Shown here: piece by piece, positions 12,656-25,255 of the stretch
Position numbering within the stretch: the stretch's first letter is position 1
How the letters are laid out: the number at the start of each line of letters is the position of its first letter
Assembly: GCA_013239625.1 (NCBI GenBank)
Contig: MU054187.1
Span: 23,250,795-23,314,794 of the forward strand
Origin: Lama guanicoe
Lineage: Eukaryota
Length of the DNA stretch: 64,000 nt
Direction of reading: 5' to 3'
Made by a program: the position numbers and the translations under genes
Notes under the pieces: generated by a model
The model's input: only the letters and a program-made list of their open reading frames with translations
Told to the model about the DNA's origin: nothing
Databases searched by the model: none

Positions 12656-14524
12656 GCAAGACAACAAAGAAGGCGGGAACAAGCTAAGGGGGGCTTTCTG
12701 GGAGAGAGGAGCCTGACTGCAAAGTGACCTTACTTTTAAAATGAGGAAGACACTAAAAGGTGTGAAAGCAGGAGACAAAAATCAGATGAAAGGCGAACAC
12801 AATTCAGCTTTACCTTTTTCTCTTTTGCTTTCATAGTAAGATTATCTTGCACTAGAGTGTTTCAGGCTTTACCCACATATAAAACTATACGTTAAACATT
12901 TTTCCCTTACATGCGTTATGATGTTTGCCTCTCCTCCTGTTGTACTCTGTACTTAATAATCATTTAGAAATGAGTGAGGGGTCATTTCCCAGCGGACTTC
13001 AGATGAACAAGCGACTTATGAGTAGTTCATAATTATAGCTTTGTTTTAGAAATAAATAATGCCATCTGCCCATGGAAACACAAATAGCATTTTAATACCC
13101 AGCTATGCCACTCAAGGTCTAATTCTGACCATATACAGCATAGTCTCATTCAAAGTTTATCGTTTCAATTTCAGCCTGTGTGTGTGATGTCAATTCTTCT
13201 TGGGTGGCTAAGCCATGATGAGGGCATTTATTTCTGAGTGTAGGATTTGTGGGTGTGTTTATAAAGAATAATTTCATATCAGAAAGCAGATCAATTAGAA
13301 AAAAAACAGAGTTTAAGCAAATGAATTTAATCAGTCCTGTGACTCTCAAATTTGAAAAGAAAAGGAACAGTAAACCCAAGGGGATGTCTCATAAAATGTA
13401 AGCTTGCTTAGGGATTTAAAAACACTCAGTTAAATTCCACTCCCCACATATACATACAACAATGTATCACCGTGTTTGGGGAGTGTCTTTGCAGATGCCT
13501 ACAATTTTGCATTTTTCAAGGATATGGGACTTCCTAGCAGGAGAGAATTGGCAGTAAACCCTCTCACTGTTATCTGTCTTTTAGCAACACGACGATGAGT
13601 GGACTAAGTTAGGTCCAACTGCCCCAGGAAAAGCGATTAATACTTCGATACTAGTTAAGGAGAGAAGTGTCAGCATAACCTTAACTGAAGAGCGGCTCCC
13701 TAGCCTTGTTGACATAGGTGATGATAAATAAAGGACAAATAAACAAATGTAGAAAAAAATCAAATGTCAGAAATAGAACTAGAAGTAAAGGATAGAGTCA
13801 ATGTCTATTAGGACTTGGTAATTCAATTTCAGTCACTGGAATTTAGATTATTGATTATTTTCAATCAGAAATGAAGGTAAAAGCACCACGAAGCAATAAT
13901 GCTTATTTATCGTGACTGTAAAGATGATTTTATTTATTTTATTAGGCAAGTTTCCATTCTTTTTACGAGAGGCAGTACATGTCTGCGTTGCTACATAATT
14001 GCTTTCGGCTGCCAGCCATCTGACAAAGTTAATTATTACATGTCTCCGTCAAGGTCTTAGGAGAGGTTCCAATAGCTAGAGGATTTGAAGCAGCTCTATC
14101 AGGCAGTAGAGGGGAGAATGAAATCCTTATGCTTCCTTGACACAAGAAATACGATCAGTCTCTAGTATGGACATAGTGAAATTTGCCTTTTCATTTAAAG
14201 TATTTCTATTTCCTCCTCCAAAGATAGGTAACATTTACAAGTATTTAAAAACTGCAAGCTAAAATGGTGGTCTTTTAATATATTAATTTACAAAAACATT
14301 TTCTTCTTACTCATCTCATATTTTGTGGTGGAAGAATTTGGCTCTTATTTTTGGTACCTACTCTTTATACAATTGTGACTGTGTGTGTATGTGCGTGCAC
14401 ACGCACATTTCAACAAGAAAAATATGTTTCTAAATGTAACCAATTATGGCTGCCAATTAAAAGAAAATAAGGAAGACCATTACAAGACAACTCTGAGAAA
14501 ATAATAACACCACAGATATTTATT

Positions 14525-14720
14525 TAGGGTGACCACATAATTCTCATCAAATGCAGGCACTCTTGAGAGTGAAAAGAGATATTATTAAGATTAGGTTAAG
14601 CTACATGAAGTTTGCTATATTTACATGTCAAAATGGTCGAATGTTGACAACCGGTTCACCCTATGTGTATTAGGAGACAAAAGGAGAAAACAAAAAAGCC
14701 CTAAGTGAGCTGGGATGTTT
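14525..14720. mobile_element. MER94-like hAT MITE, split by MADE2
   Basis: 'tagggtgaccacataattctcatc...cactcttgagagtgaaaag' and right arm 'ctgggatgtttg'. Confidence 0.6.
14591..14664. mobile_element. MADE2-like mariner-derived MITE
   Basis: Imperfect terminal inverted repeats 'ttaggttaagctacatgaa' / 'ggttcaccctat' around 'caaaatggtcgaat'. Confidence 0.6.
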
Positions 14721-14881
14721 GTATAGCATATATTTCTTTCTCGAAATGTTTTAATTCACAAAGCATGGCATAGTCTGTATCCTGTGAGGCTTGGCATTGT
14801 GAATTGATTGCCCACTATGCACCTGAGAGATGTCTGTTACCACTGGGCGTCTGTGCAATTACTGTCAATTTATAAATGACA

Positions 14882-15085
14882 TTTCAAAATGTAAACTAGA
14901 TAAACAAGACTATACTGTATAGCACAGAGAAATATATACAAGATCTTATGGCAGCTCACAGCTAAAAAAAAATGTGACAATGAATATATGTATGTTCATG
15001 TATAACTGAAAAATCGTGCTCTGCACTGGAATTTGACACAACATTGTAAACTGATTATAAATCAATAAAAAAAAATTTTTAAAAA
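14882..15085 (+). mobile_element. Short 5'-truncated L1 3' end
   Basis: L1 3'UTR motif 'actgtatagcacag...gacacaacattgtaaactga', A tail, TSD TTATAAATGACA (14870-14881) / TTATAAATGGCA (15086-15097). Confidence 0.85.
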
Positions 15086-15817
15086 TTATAAATGGCAAAT
15101 TTGCCTGTATCGTTTGCAGGTTAAGGCAAACCATCTTCCTTTGCTTCTGGGTTGTATCTCTCTTTGCTTACGTATTTCTTCTTTAATAGTCCCCTTCCTT
15201 CTGATCATACCCTCCCACAATATACACTAGGCCTGGTTCAGTCTTCAGCCAGTCTCCATTAAAACTTACATATCCACTTGCCACAGCAACTGGCTAAGTG
15301 ATTGGCTATACAATCTATTAAATTAATGTATACTATAATGTCAATGAGTCATTCCACCTAATTTGTTGATGTACCCAGATGACACATTTGTATATTAACA
15401 GAAGTCTTTAACAGTCTAAAGCCCAGCGATATTGAACACCTTCAGACATTTGCTGGTAAGATATCTTAGGGTGAAAGAATTTTTTTCACTGTCTTCATTT
15501 CAAGTCTTACAGATATTTGACTACCAGCATATAATGTCAGGTTTATAATCAATTGTTATTTTACATCCTTAACATAGCAGACATATCTGTTATAATTCAT
15601 CCAACCTAAATACAGAAAGACTCTAAGCACATCCAGAGTGTCTCTTTAATTCCATCACAAATGTACCTTCATAATCCTTTAATATGTTGGGTGGCTAATT
15701 CTATTCCTCTTCCCGTGTTTTATTATGTATGATTTCTACATCTTATCAGTAATTCCCAAGTGGAACTACTTGTAGATGTGAGCCAGCAAAACTTAGCTCC
15801 TAAAGTATCAGATAAGG

Positions 15818-16179
15818 TGGTATCTTGGTTTCCTAGGGCTGCCATGGCCTAAACCACACAAATGTATTTTCTCTTAGTTCCGGTGACACGGGGTGTCAGC
15901 AGAGTTGGCTTCTCTGAGGCCTCTCCTGGGCTTGCAGATGGCTCTTTTCTCCCTGTGTTTTCACCTGGGCCTCCCTCTGTGTGGGTCAGTATCTTAGTCT
16001 CTTTTCATTAGAGGACACCAGACCTATTGAATAAGGGCCACCCTAATGATCTTATTTTAACTTAATTACCTCTTCAAAGACCCTGTCCCCCAACCCATTT
16101 ACATTACAAGTATTGGGGGTTGGGAATTCAGCACATGAATTTAGGGGGGCAAGGATGCAACACAATTCAGCCCATAACA
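15818..16179 (-). mobile_element. MLT1 (MaLR) solo LTR
   Basis: 'tttcctagggctgcc...tctctgaggcctctc...gcttgcagatggc...cacaattcagcccataaca'; 5-bp TSD TAAGG/TACGG. Confidence 0.85.
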
Positions 16180-16509
16180 TACGGTATCCAGTTGTAACGG
16201 TCTTAACTCCCCTTTCAAATAAAATCCATAATTTGGTTTGAAAATCTATTGTATTTTATCCTCGAATCTAGTTTTCAGAAACAGACAAACCCTCTCTGAA
16301 ATATTAATAGGCAGGGTTATTTCAAAGCAGAAAGTACCACCAGCCAATTCTCTGTGATTGCAACAGACAATGTAACTAAGTCATATAAATATCTCATTTG
16401 ATATGTAACTTCAAGTTTGTTTCTATAAAAAATGATTCTAATAAGCTGCTGTCAATGCTACATATCCAGTGCATTTTCTAGATGATATCTGACTCAGGAC
16501 AAGAAAGGC

Positions 16510-16680
16510 TGAATGGTAGAGCAGAAAGAACTTTGGTAGTTTCTAGACTTCAGGGCTATCTATAAGGCAACGTTAGTCACAGCTTGACCTGTAACTGGCC
16601 TAATTTTTAGTTCTCTTATTAATAAAATAAAGATAATTGTTTCTACTTCAAGCAGTTGCTCTGAGAATTGAATTAAATTA
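16510..16680 (+). mobile_element. Diverged MIR
   Basis: 'agttctcttattaataaaataaagataat...gttgctctgagaattgaattaaatta'. Confidence 0.4.
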
Positions 16681-17851
16681 AGTTTAGTTTTGCAAATGCT
16701 GCAGTCCTTAGCTTTGCAGCCATTCAGATAATTCTGATCCCCTTTTCTTTTTTATTTCATTTAATTTGGGCAATATTCAGTTGGTCCTTGCATAGGGAAA
16801 ACCCAAACAGCTTCCAAAGGTACCTCTTTAAAATAAGCTATAACATAGGCTTTGAGAGAATCTGCCTCAGCAGATACAATAATATCCTGTAATATAGAGA
16901 ATGTAAATGCATTTTATTGCTTCTCCTCTGAAAAGCAAAAAGCATTGCCTTGTTTTTATGTTCAAAATCTGAGAGGAGAAAACCCAAGGCCAGGACACAC
17001 TTTCATACAGATCACCAATAGGGAAATAACGTACAATGGAATCACATTTTGACAAAGTCAATCAAGAGCCACAAATGAAAGCAATGAGCCTGCTGGAATG
17101 CTGATGATCACACAAATCCTCCTGGAGGTGATGTGGCCAACACTTAAGGAAGAGACCTCTTCTACTTACTAACAAATGAACAACTGGACCTGGATGGGGA
17201 TCTGACCCGGGCATGCGGCAGGCATAACGGATGCAGGTTCTGAAGAGTTGAGGGAAAGTTACCTGCAATGCAGGTTAGTGCCCACATCCACCTCCGAGGA
17301 TCGATATGGAATCCTGTGCCAATGGAAGGTAGCAGGAAGCCCTTGAACGTTATCTCTGCCTTTTGTGTTTAGTCTGAAGGATCTATCCTGTAATTGCTAC
17401 AGAGCTGTAAGAGGATGTAGGTCAGAGAGGAAATGTAGTTTGAGTTGAGATCTAAAACATGATGGTGTCTAGAAAAAACATTGCCAAGGAAAAGATTATG
17501 GTTTTCTTATAATTCTTTGTCAATTATCATTCCACATAGTAATTTTTAAACATTTGAAATCTGCCTATTATAGTTATTTAATGCTTGAAATTACACTTGA
17601 TATGGCCTAAGTCATGTCTAAACCCACTGCAGTAAGTTCTCTGCATGTATGCTTGTTGCTGTACAATACAGTTTCATGCACGGCTCCTTTTTTCTCTTTT
17701 TAGCTTTTTTTTTTTTTAAATTTGGTTTCAGTTTACTGCTCTAAAGACACATGGAGATTTCAAAACAAAGGAAGCTTATGAGAAAAAAAATGTGCTACTG
17801 ATTTCAATAGTGCAAACAAAACTTCTATAAATTGATATAATTAAAAAATAC

Positions 17852-19178
17852 TTAATCTTGTGTCCTGCTACTTCACTAAGGTCTTTTATCAGCTCTGGTA
17901 ATTTTTGTGTGGAACCTTTAGAGTTTTCTATATATAATATCATGTCATCTATGTATAATGACAATTTCACTTTTGTCTTCCACTTTGGATCACTTTTATT
18001 TCTTTTTCTTGTCTAATTGCTATAGCGAAGGCTTCCAACACCATATTGAATAGAAGTGGTGAGATTGGACATTCTTAACTTGTTCCAGATTTTAGGGGGA
18101 AGACTTTCAGGCTTTTACCATTAAGTGTTATACTGATTGTAGCTTTGTCATAAATAGCTTTTATTATGTTGAGATATGTTCCCTCTGTACCCACTTTGAT
18201 TAGAGTTTTTATCACAAAGGGGTGTTGAATTTTATCAAATGCTTTTTCTGCATCTGATCATGTGGGTTTTGTCCTTTTTTTTTGTTGATGTGGTGTATCA
18301 CATTGATTGATTTGCATGTGTCAGAACATCCTCATTTTCCTGGGATGAACCCAACTTGATCATGGTGTGTAATCTTTTTTATGTGCTGTTGGATTCTGTT
18401 TGCTAATATTTTGGTGAGGATTTTTGCATCTATGTTTGCATCTATGTTCATCAACAATATTGGCCATAATTTTCTTTTTTAGTACTGCCTTTGTCTGGCT
18501 TTGAGATCAGGGTGATGGAGGTTTCATAAAATGAGTTTGGCAGTCTTCCCTCCTCTTCAATCTTTTGGAAGAGTTTGAGAATGATCAGTATGAACTCTCC
18601 TTTGTATGTTTGATGGAACTCCTCAGTGAAGCCATCTGGTCCTGGGCTTTTGTTTTCAGGGATGTTTTTAAATTGGTGATTCTATTTTTTCTAGTTATTG
18701 GGCTGTTCAAATGATGTATTTCTTCTTAATTCAATTTGGTGGACTCTGTTTCTAGAAGCTTGTCCGTTTCTTCTAAGTTGTCCAATTTATTGCCGTATAG
18801 TTGTTCACAGTACTCTCTTATGATTTTTTCTATTTCTGTGGTGTTGGTTGTAATCTCTCCATTTTCCTTTCTTATTTTGTTTATTTGTATCCTCTCTCTT
18901 TTCTTCTTGGTGAGCCTGGAAAGAGGTTTGTCAATTTTGTGTACCATTTCAAAACACCAGCTCTTGGTTTGATTGATTTTTTTTTCCATTTTTTAATCTA
19001 TTTTATTTATTTCATCCCTAATCTTTATTATTTCCTTCCTTTTGCTGACTTTTGGGTTTGTTTGTTCTTCTTTTAGGTGCTAGGTCATGTTGTTTATTTG
19101 GGATTGTTCTTTTTTGAGAAGGCATGTATCGCTATGAACTTCCCTAGGAAATAATTTGCTGCATCCCTTAGATTCTGT
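17852..19178 (-). mobile_element. L1 ORF2 internal fragment (linker to reverse transcriptase), decayed
   Basis: Minus-strand ORFs give L1 ORF2 peptides INQTKSWCFE...KIDKPLSRL...IIREYCEQLYGNKLDNLEE and the RT motif LSLYIDDMILYIEN. Confidence 0.95.
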
Positions 19179-19236
19179 TTTCTCCATTACACTGTGCAAG
19201 GAGGTGATTCTGATTGCTAAGATTATATGTTTCTTT

Positions 19237-19395
19237 GGGAAGGAGGGCTATCTCCGTGACAGAGCACATGCTTAGCATGCAGGGGATCCTGGGTTCAATC
19301 CCAGTACTGCTATTTAAATATTAATATACATATATATACACACATATATATAATATGTAAATACATATATATATGTAAACCTAATCACCCCCCCA
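19237..19395 (+). mobile_element. tRNA-derived SINE, camelid vic-1 type
   Basis: Head 'ggagggctatctccgtgacagagcacatgcttagcatgca...cctgggttcaatcccagtac' (Pol III B box GGTTCAATCC), AT-rich middle, tail 'aaacctaatcacccccc'; degenerate TSD AGATTATATGTTTCT / AAATTCTATGTCTCT. Confidence 0.8.
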
Positions 19396-22300
19396 AATTC
19401 TATGTCTCTGTCTCTCTTATCTGATCTTGTACCTTTAGTCTCCGAGAACTCCAATTTTCCTAGGAGATCAGCATTTTCTCTATTCTCTGACCAAAAAAAA
19501 AGTTTTTAAGTCCCAATGTTGGGAATTTTTTATTTGGAATTTGAACTGAAATATTTCCTCTTAAAGCGAGTGGTGACACCATCATATTTTCAATATAACA
19601 TTAAAATTTCCCCTATTACCATCATGTCCCTATATCATCCACCAAATCAACAGCAGGTGGGTGTATAATAAACATGCCTGAAACTGTGTGAGCTGCATTT
19701 ACACACCGCCAAACTATTTGCTCAGTAAATCCCACTTTTAACACATTCAGAGTTTTAATTACAAGAAATTTTTTCTACATTTACTAAGTATATATCTCAA
19801 GACAGAAATAGGAGAAAATGTATGACAGATGCAGCCTAAAGCCACTAACTAGTGCATGGTTTAAGTGCTAAAAATGGAGGCCTGCAGCTCACTGAAGCAA
19901 TGAGAGAACCCCTCATCTGTGTTCTGGCACAGGAAGACCTGAAACTGTAATGGATGCTCGGAAAAGCATGTGTTTAAGTGGAGTCTCTTATTGCTCACAT
20001 CACTTCTTCCTTCCTCTTCTCTAAGAGAGTTTATTTAAATTCACTATTCATGGAATCAGTTGTGCTGTCTGGACTAATAAAATGACCCTAGAAAAGTCCA
20101 AAGACATATCTGCTTTGAAAAGAAATCTACAGGGCTTAATAGAACTCATCTCCCCTTGTAAAACACATCTGGAAAACTTATATTAATTATTTCATGCTCA
20201 GCTCCATATCCTCTCTTCTGTGATGCTGTCTTCAACTATCCAAGGGCAGATGGAGTAATGATTTCTGAGTTCAATTAGTAGCTTCCATGTTATACATATG
20301 TACTTGGGAATTTTTTGTATTATCTCATATTTATTTGTTTTCATGTTTGCATATGTGGGCTCTGGGTTAAGAGAAAATAGTGATCTGGATGGCAGATTTG
20401 TGTGTAATCAGTTCCAATCAAGTGGTTAAAAAAAGGCAGTTGAATAAATTAATGAGCAAATGAATAAGGAGCAATGCTAGTTACAGGAAAAGTCTATCAC
20501 AGACTTCAGGATTTACTGGCATCCATTAGATCATTTAACATAAAGAATTGACAGGAAATAAAAGATAAAAGAATCAGCTTTGTCTTTGATCCATTTAAAT
20601 AATTAGTCAATAAATGTATTTCCACTTTGAAATGTATAAAGGAGCTTATATTTTCCACATTCTCAAAAAAGAGAAAGCTTAATTTTAGGTCATTTCCATT
20701 TAATAATCACAGCTTTTGCAGGAAGAGGTTGTCAGCAACCCTGTCCAAACTTTATATGCTTACAACTGGGAGACAGATTGCCCAGCACATAATAATGCAC
20801 AAGAGGGAGTATCAGGCCACGTTACTCATATTTCCTGAATCTGGTTTCACATCAGGGAAGTAAAAACAATTAGGGAAATGAAAATATGTTCCAATTAAAA
20901 AAATGAGTACATAACTGTTTAAATTTTTAATTTTTCTAAGTTTATTTCCTCCTGGAAATAACTGTCTTTTTTAGCTCTAGAACCGAATGAAAGGCAGTTG
21001 GAGATCACATCATCCAATCAAATATGACACAGTTGTCCCATACCTGGCAGCTCTTCCTTTTTGTCCTTTTCATTTTATTTTCTCTTTGTTGCTAAGCAAT
21101 TGTTCTGTACTACCATATTTATATTATTTTTTTAGTGAAGTATAATTTACCGTATAGCATTTAATACACATTCAATTTTAATTCCTAAACAATATAACTG
21201 TTATATTCTCCATGATTAACTTTGCACATATTTGTCAGGTGGTCCTTTAAAAAAGATGTGTGTATTACATATTTTATATTAGCCATCATTTACAGGTTTT
21301 CTTAGAACACAGGAGATAATAAGGATCTTTATACAAAATAAATTTTCTAAAACTGAAAAAAAAAAGAAAGATTATCCTGAATATGATATCTGGAAGCCAT
21401 GTACTTGAAGTCAAAATCTAAATATGTCAGAAATATCTAAATGTATAAAACTTGAACAAAATCCACTAAAAATCCACTTTGACAAAATGAAGCTATTACC
21501 AGTCAGGAAAACATATCTTCCTAACCTTATGTAAAAATAAGTAAATAAAACATAAGATATTTTCTTTTCATTCGTGTCATGGCTTAGGTGCAGAATCATT
21601 AGATACATTGCTTCCAAAATGTTATAATAAAACATTGGCCAAAAAAGGGGTTTAGTCCTAATATTTCCTCTATGGACGCTTTATCATGACAACCAAGGCA
21701 TCATTTATAGTATTAGGATGCTTAGGGTGTTGGATGGCAATTTTAAACTTAAAGAAAAAGGGTAGCTGCACCATGACTCTGAAAGATCATACTGGGTAGT
21801 CTGGTATAATTTGCAACTCCAACAATAAGATTTTGAAGTCAATTCACCCATGCTATAAAAGAGGAACCAAAGAGCTTTGGATTACAGAAATATAAGATAA
21901 GCTCTCATATTCTACACTCTGGTCCTTGCGATGTGATCTGAGAGTCCAATCAGAATAGAAAATATTTGCAGATGAAGTCTCCCAGGACACCTTAATAAGA
22001 GGAAGACATTGGAAATCTAGATCTCCTGATCATGTAAGTGCATATATGTCTGAGGAGTTTTTTTTTTTAATGAACATAATAGCTTTAAAAAATCTTAGAA
22101 TTACAAGAATCTGCTAAGGCATTAACACAAGTCTTCACTTGACGTCTATCATAGAATTTATACATCTTGAATTTCTGTGTTGTGGGAGTTTCAACAAACT
22201 AAAAGAACCTCCTGTGTTTAAAACACCATATTAAACGTTGGTAAAGAAAGCATGGTATGAAATAAGTAGTGGAAAAAGGATTAAAATGATAGAAAAGCTG

Positions 22301-25163
22301 TTAGTTCTTGCCCATTGAACTGTCTAAACCAAGTGACTATTCATTGAAAGCACAATTATATTAAACACAGAGCAAATATAACTTTGTAATAGAGTGCAGC
22401 TCTGTAAACAGGCTACCAAGCCATCCGTGGTTGACAGGTTCTTCCTCTCAGAGAAAAGATGTTTAATTCTTTGCTTGCTTTTTGAAGTGATAGATTGGTG
22501 AAGAGGAGGGATGATGTCATCCAGTGTAGTGTTAGAAAAAGCAAACCCAGATTCTACTCACAGTCCATTTCTCTCATTTCTTTCTAGCCCGAAGTTGGAT
22601 CCTTAATATTCCACTTCTGTATCTCCTGCTCACTCTCACTGTAACTTACACACATATATGTATATATGAGTTTTATATAAACACACATATATGTTTATAC
22701 ACATTGATGGTTAAATTTTAAAACTTTAGTAAATATAATGAATGTTGCCATTTGACAATATTATAGTGATTTTTCATGACTCATATTTATGAAATTTTCA
22801 TATAACTTTAAAATGTTTACAAAAAAAGAAGGCATGTTCATCATAGGTAAACTGATTTCAAGTTCAAGTTCTAAATTTTTCCAAAAGATCATAGGTCATC
22901 ATTTAAACAGCTGGAGGTGTGATCATTGGAAAAGTGTTCAACTATGCTGTCATTTAGCGAGTTTGACAGCCTTGAAATTGGAGATGTTATCAGTGACTGT
23001 CAGGTTTGGCAGCAGGGGACAATCATGGTCTCAATAGTTCAAGGATCTCTTCAATACCTTTGTCTAGAGGCCACGCAGATTATAATTTTGAAAATCAGTC
23101 AGTAGATTCTTCAGAAAATTGTAGTCTGTACAAAGATTTATGTGACTGATTATTATTTTGATGTGGTATGGTGATTTCTCACAAACATACTATAATAATT
23201 AATACTTCAGCTTTTCAATATTTCATATTATTAAGTATTGTCCCTACTTTGTTTTACATGTTGGTCTTTCGAAGTTAAGAGTGATGTACATATCTGTACA
23301 AATTGATGGGTCAGCCATTCATCAGTCTTTTGGAGGGAATCCAGAACAGGCATGCAGATTAAGATATTTTATAACTCAGCTTACTCATATCTAGTTCAAG
23401 AATCAGTTTTTGTCCTAATTGCCTGTCATTTCACGCTACAAATATGTATATTTTACTAGAGTGAGATTGTTAAGTTCCTGAGTAGAGCACTTAAAGTCTA
23501 TATTCCATTTTATTTTCCCTTCTCTTTTGCTAACATTTTAAAAGTGGAATTAGATGAATATATTTCACTTTACCACATCAGAGCCAATTGAGGCCATGGG
23601 GAGGCTGTTATGTGTATCTGAACTCACCTAACTTTAATGTCATTATGAGTAACCAGTAACCGAACACCCCTCTGCACTTTGTGAAATTAATAGGCTGCCA
23701 TTTACATGCAAGTCTAGGATAACATCAGAGGTATTTTTGCCTAATTACTGCAGTTTCCAGTTCCCTCATGAACAAAGCAGGAATAATAAACCATTTTAAA
23801 TAATGTAGCAGTAACGTATCATATCTCAGGGCTGCATGGAGAGCCACTTTCCCCAAGTAGGAAATACAGTCTTAGCACATATGAAAGACATGAGAACTCA
23901 CAGATGTTTGTCACACTTGTAGATGTGTTGGGTGACATTTCACAATGCTCAGAAATGTTTCAAACTATTTTAAGAAGAAAGTAAAACACAAGAACACAGG
24001 CATGGTATCAAAATAGCACAGCCATGACTGTTTCAACATCTTGCTGGGACCTCCAATAAAGCCAAAGGGGAAGAAATAAGACAACAATACTTCAGTGTTC
24101 ATTACATGGTCTTCTGCTCAACTGATCAATTCAATAAACAGTTAAGTGAAGCTACATACTGTTCATGGTTATATTGACTTTTTTCCTTTATATATATCAA
24201 ACACTGAGACTTAAATGCATACGTTATTTTGATCCTTAAATAAGCTTCTTAACATGCCATTATGATCTGAAATCTTGACTAATGATATAGCTATGCTGCT
24301 AAAGTATCACACCAAGTATGTTGGATTTTGTTAGGTACCTTCACTGAGTTGCCTATGTATTTGCTTTAAGTTTACTCTTGTTCATAGAAATCCAGATAAT
24401 GAAAATTAGGAGAAAAAACAGTTTGAGATCATTAGGAAAACTTTAAACAATCTGTCAGAAAATGAATTTTAAAATTGTTATTTAGACCTTACTTGGAAGG
24501 ATGAATGGAAGGAAATAAACATAGCCTAAGAAATGACTATGGCATGAACTAAAACACACAAGACTATCTACAAAAAGCAAGACATTAGATGGATCAATAT
24601 TAATCTGATAGACTCTTGCCTGACAATATACACTCTTGGGAATTTTAGTCAACTTAATTCTTAAAATTTATTTTCTCTTGTTATGCATCAAATTATTGCC
24701 TAAAGCTCTAAAGATAACTGTAGAGCTGATTTCTTAAGAAACATGAAAAAAAGCTGGCCAGTTTTTTTATACCTCTAAACTTTCTTCTTCTGAAAGTTAT
24801 TACCTTACAATTCATCTTTCCTCTTTCTTCCATGTAACATGCTTCATTTCTTTCAAAACTTCTCTAAGTTTACCATATACCATTTAAAGTGCTAAAAACA
24901 ATGCATGCTTGCTAATAACTATCTCACCTGTTCTGAGTTTAGTAGCGTAATCTTTTGTCTGTTATAATGAGATACATTTCAATTTAATCAAACCAATCCC
25001 TTGTTCATTTTTAGTTACATAGAGCTATGCTCTTGGTTCATGGTGAGCTTATTACAAAGTGGCCACTATTTTGTCTTTTAGAAAATGTATATTAATATCC
25101 TGATGGAATTAGTTGGGAAGGAAAGATGACAATGGCAAAAGAAATTTTTTTGAAAATAGCTTT

Positions 25164-25255
25164 GAGGAGCAGCCAAGATGGCTGAGCTCATAGCTCATAG
25201 CTCAGCCTCTCCCACAAATACACCAAGACTCACATCCACAGACCTACCCAGCCAA
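25164..25255 (+). mobile_element. Isolated extreme 5' end of an L1 (start of 5'UTR)
   Basis: 'gaggagcagccaagatggc' (YY1-type CAAGATGGC as at L1 5' termini) followed by 'ctctcccacaaatacaccaagactcacatc'. Confidence 0.6.

Noticed and set aside
13970..14050. Paired ACATGTCT p53-like half-sites
   Set aside because: Each mismatches RRRCWWGYYY and they are ~50 bp apart
19240..19312. tRNA gene
   Set aside because: tRNA-like head is followed by a SINE tail and TSD, and the A box is degraded; it is a SINE
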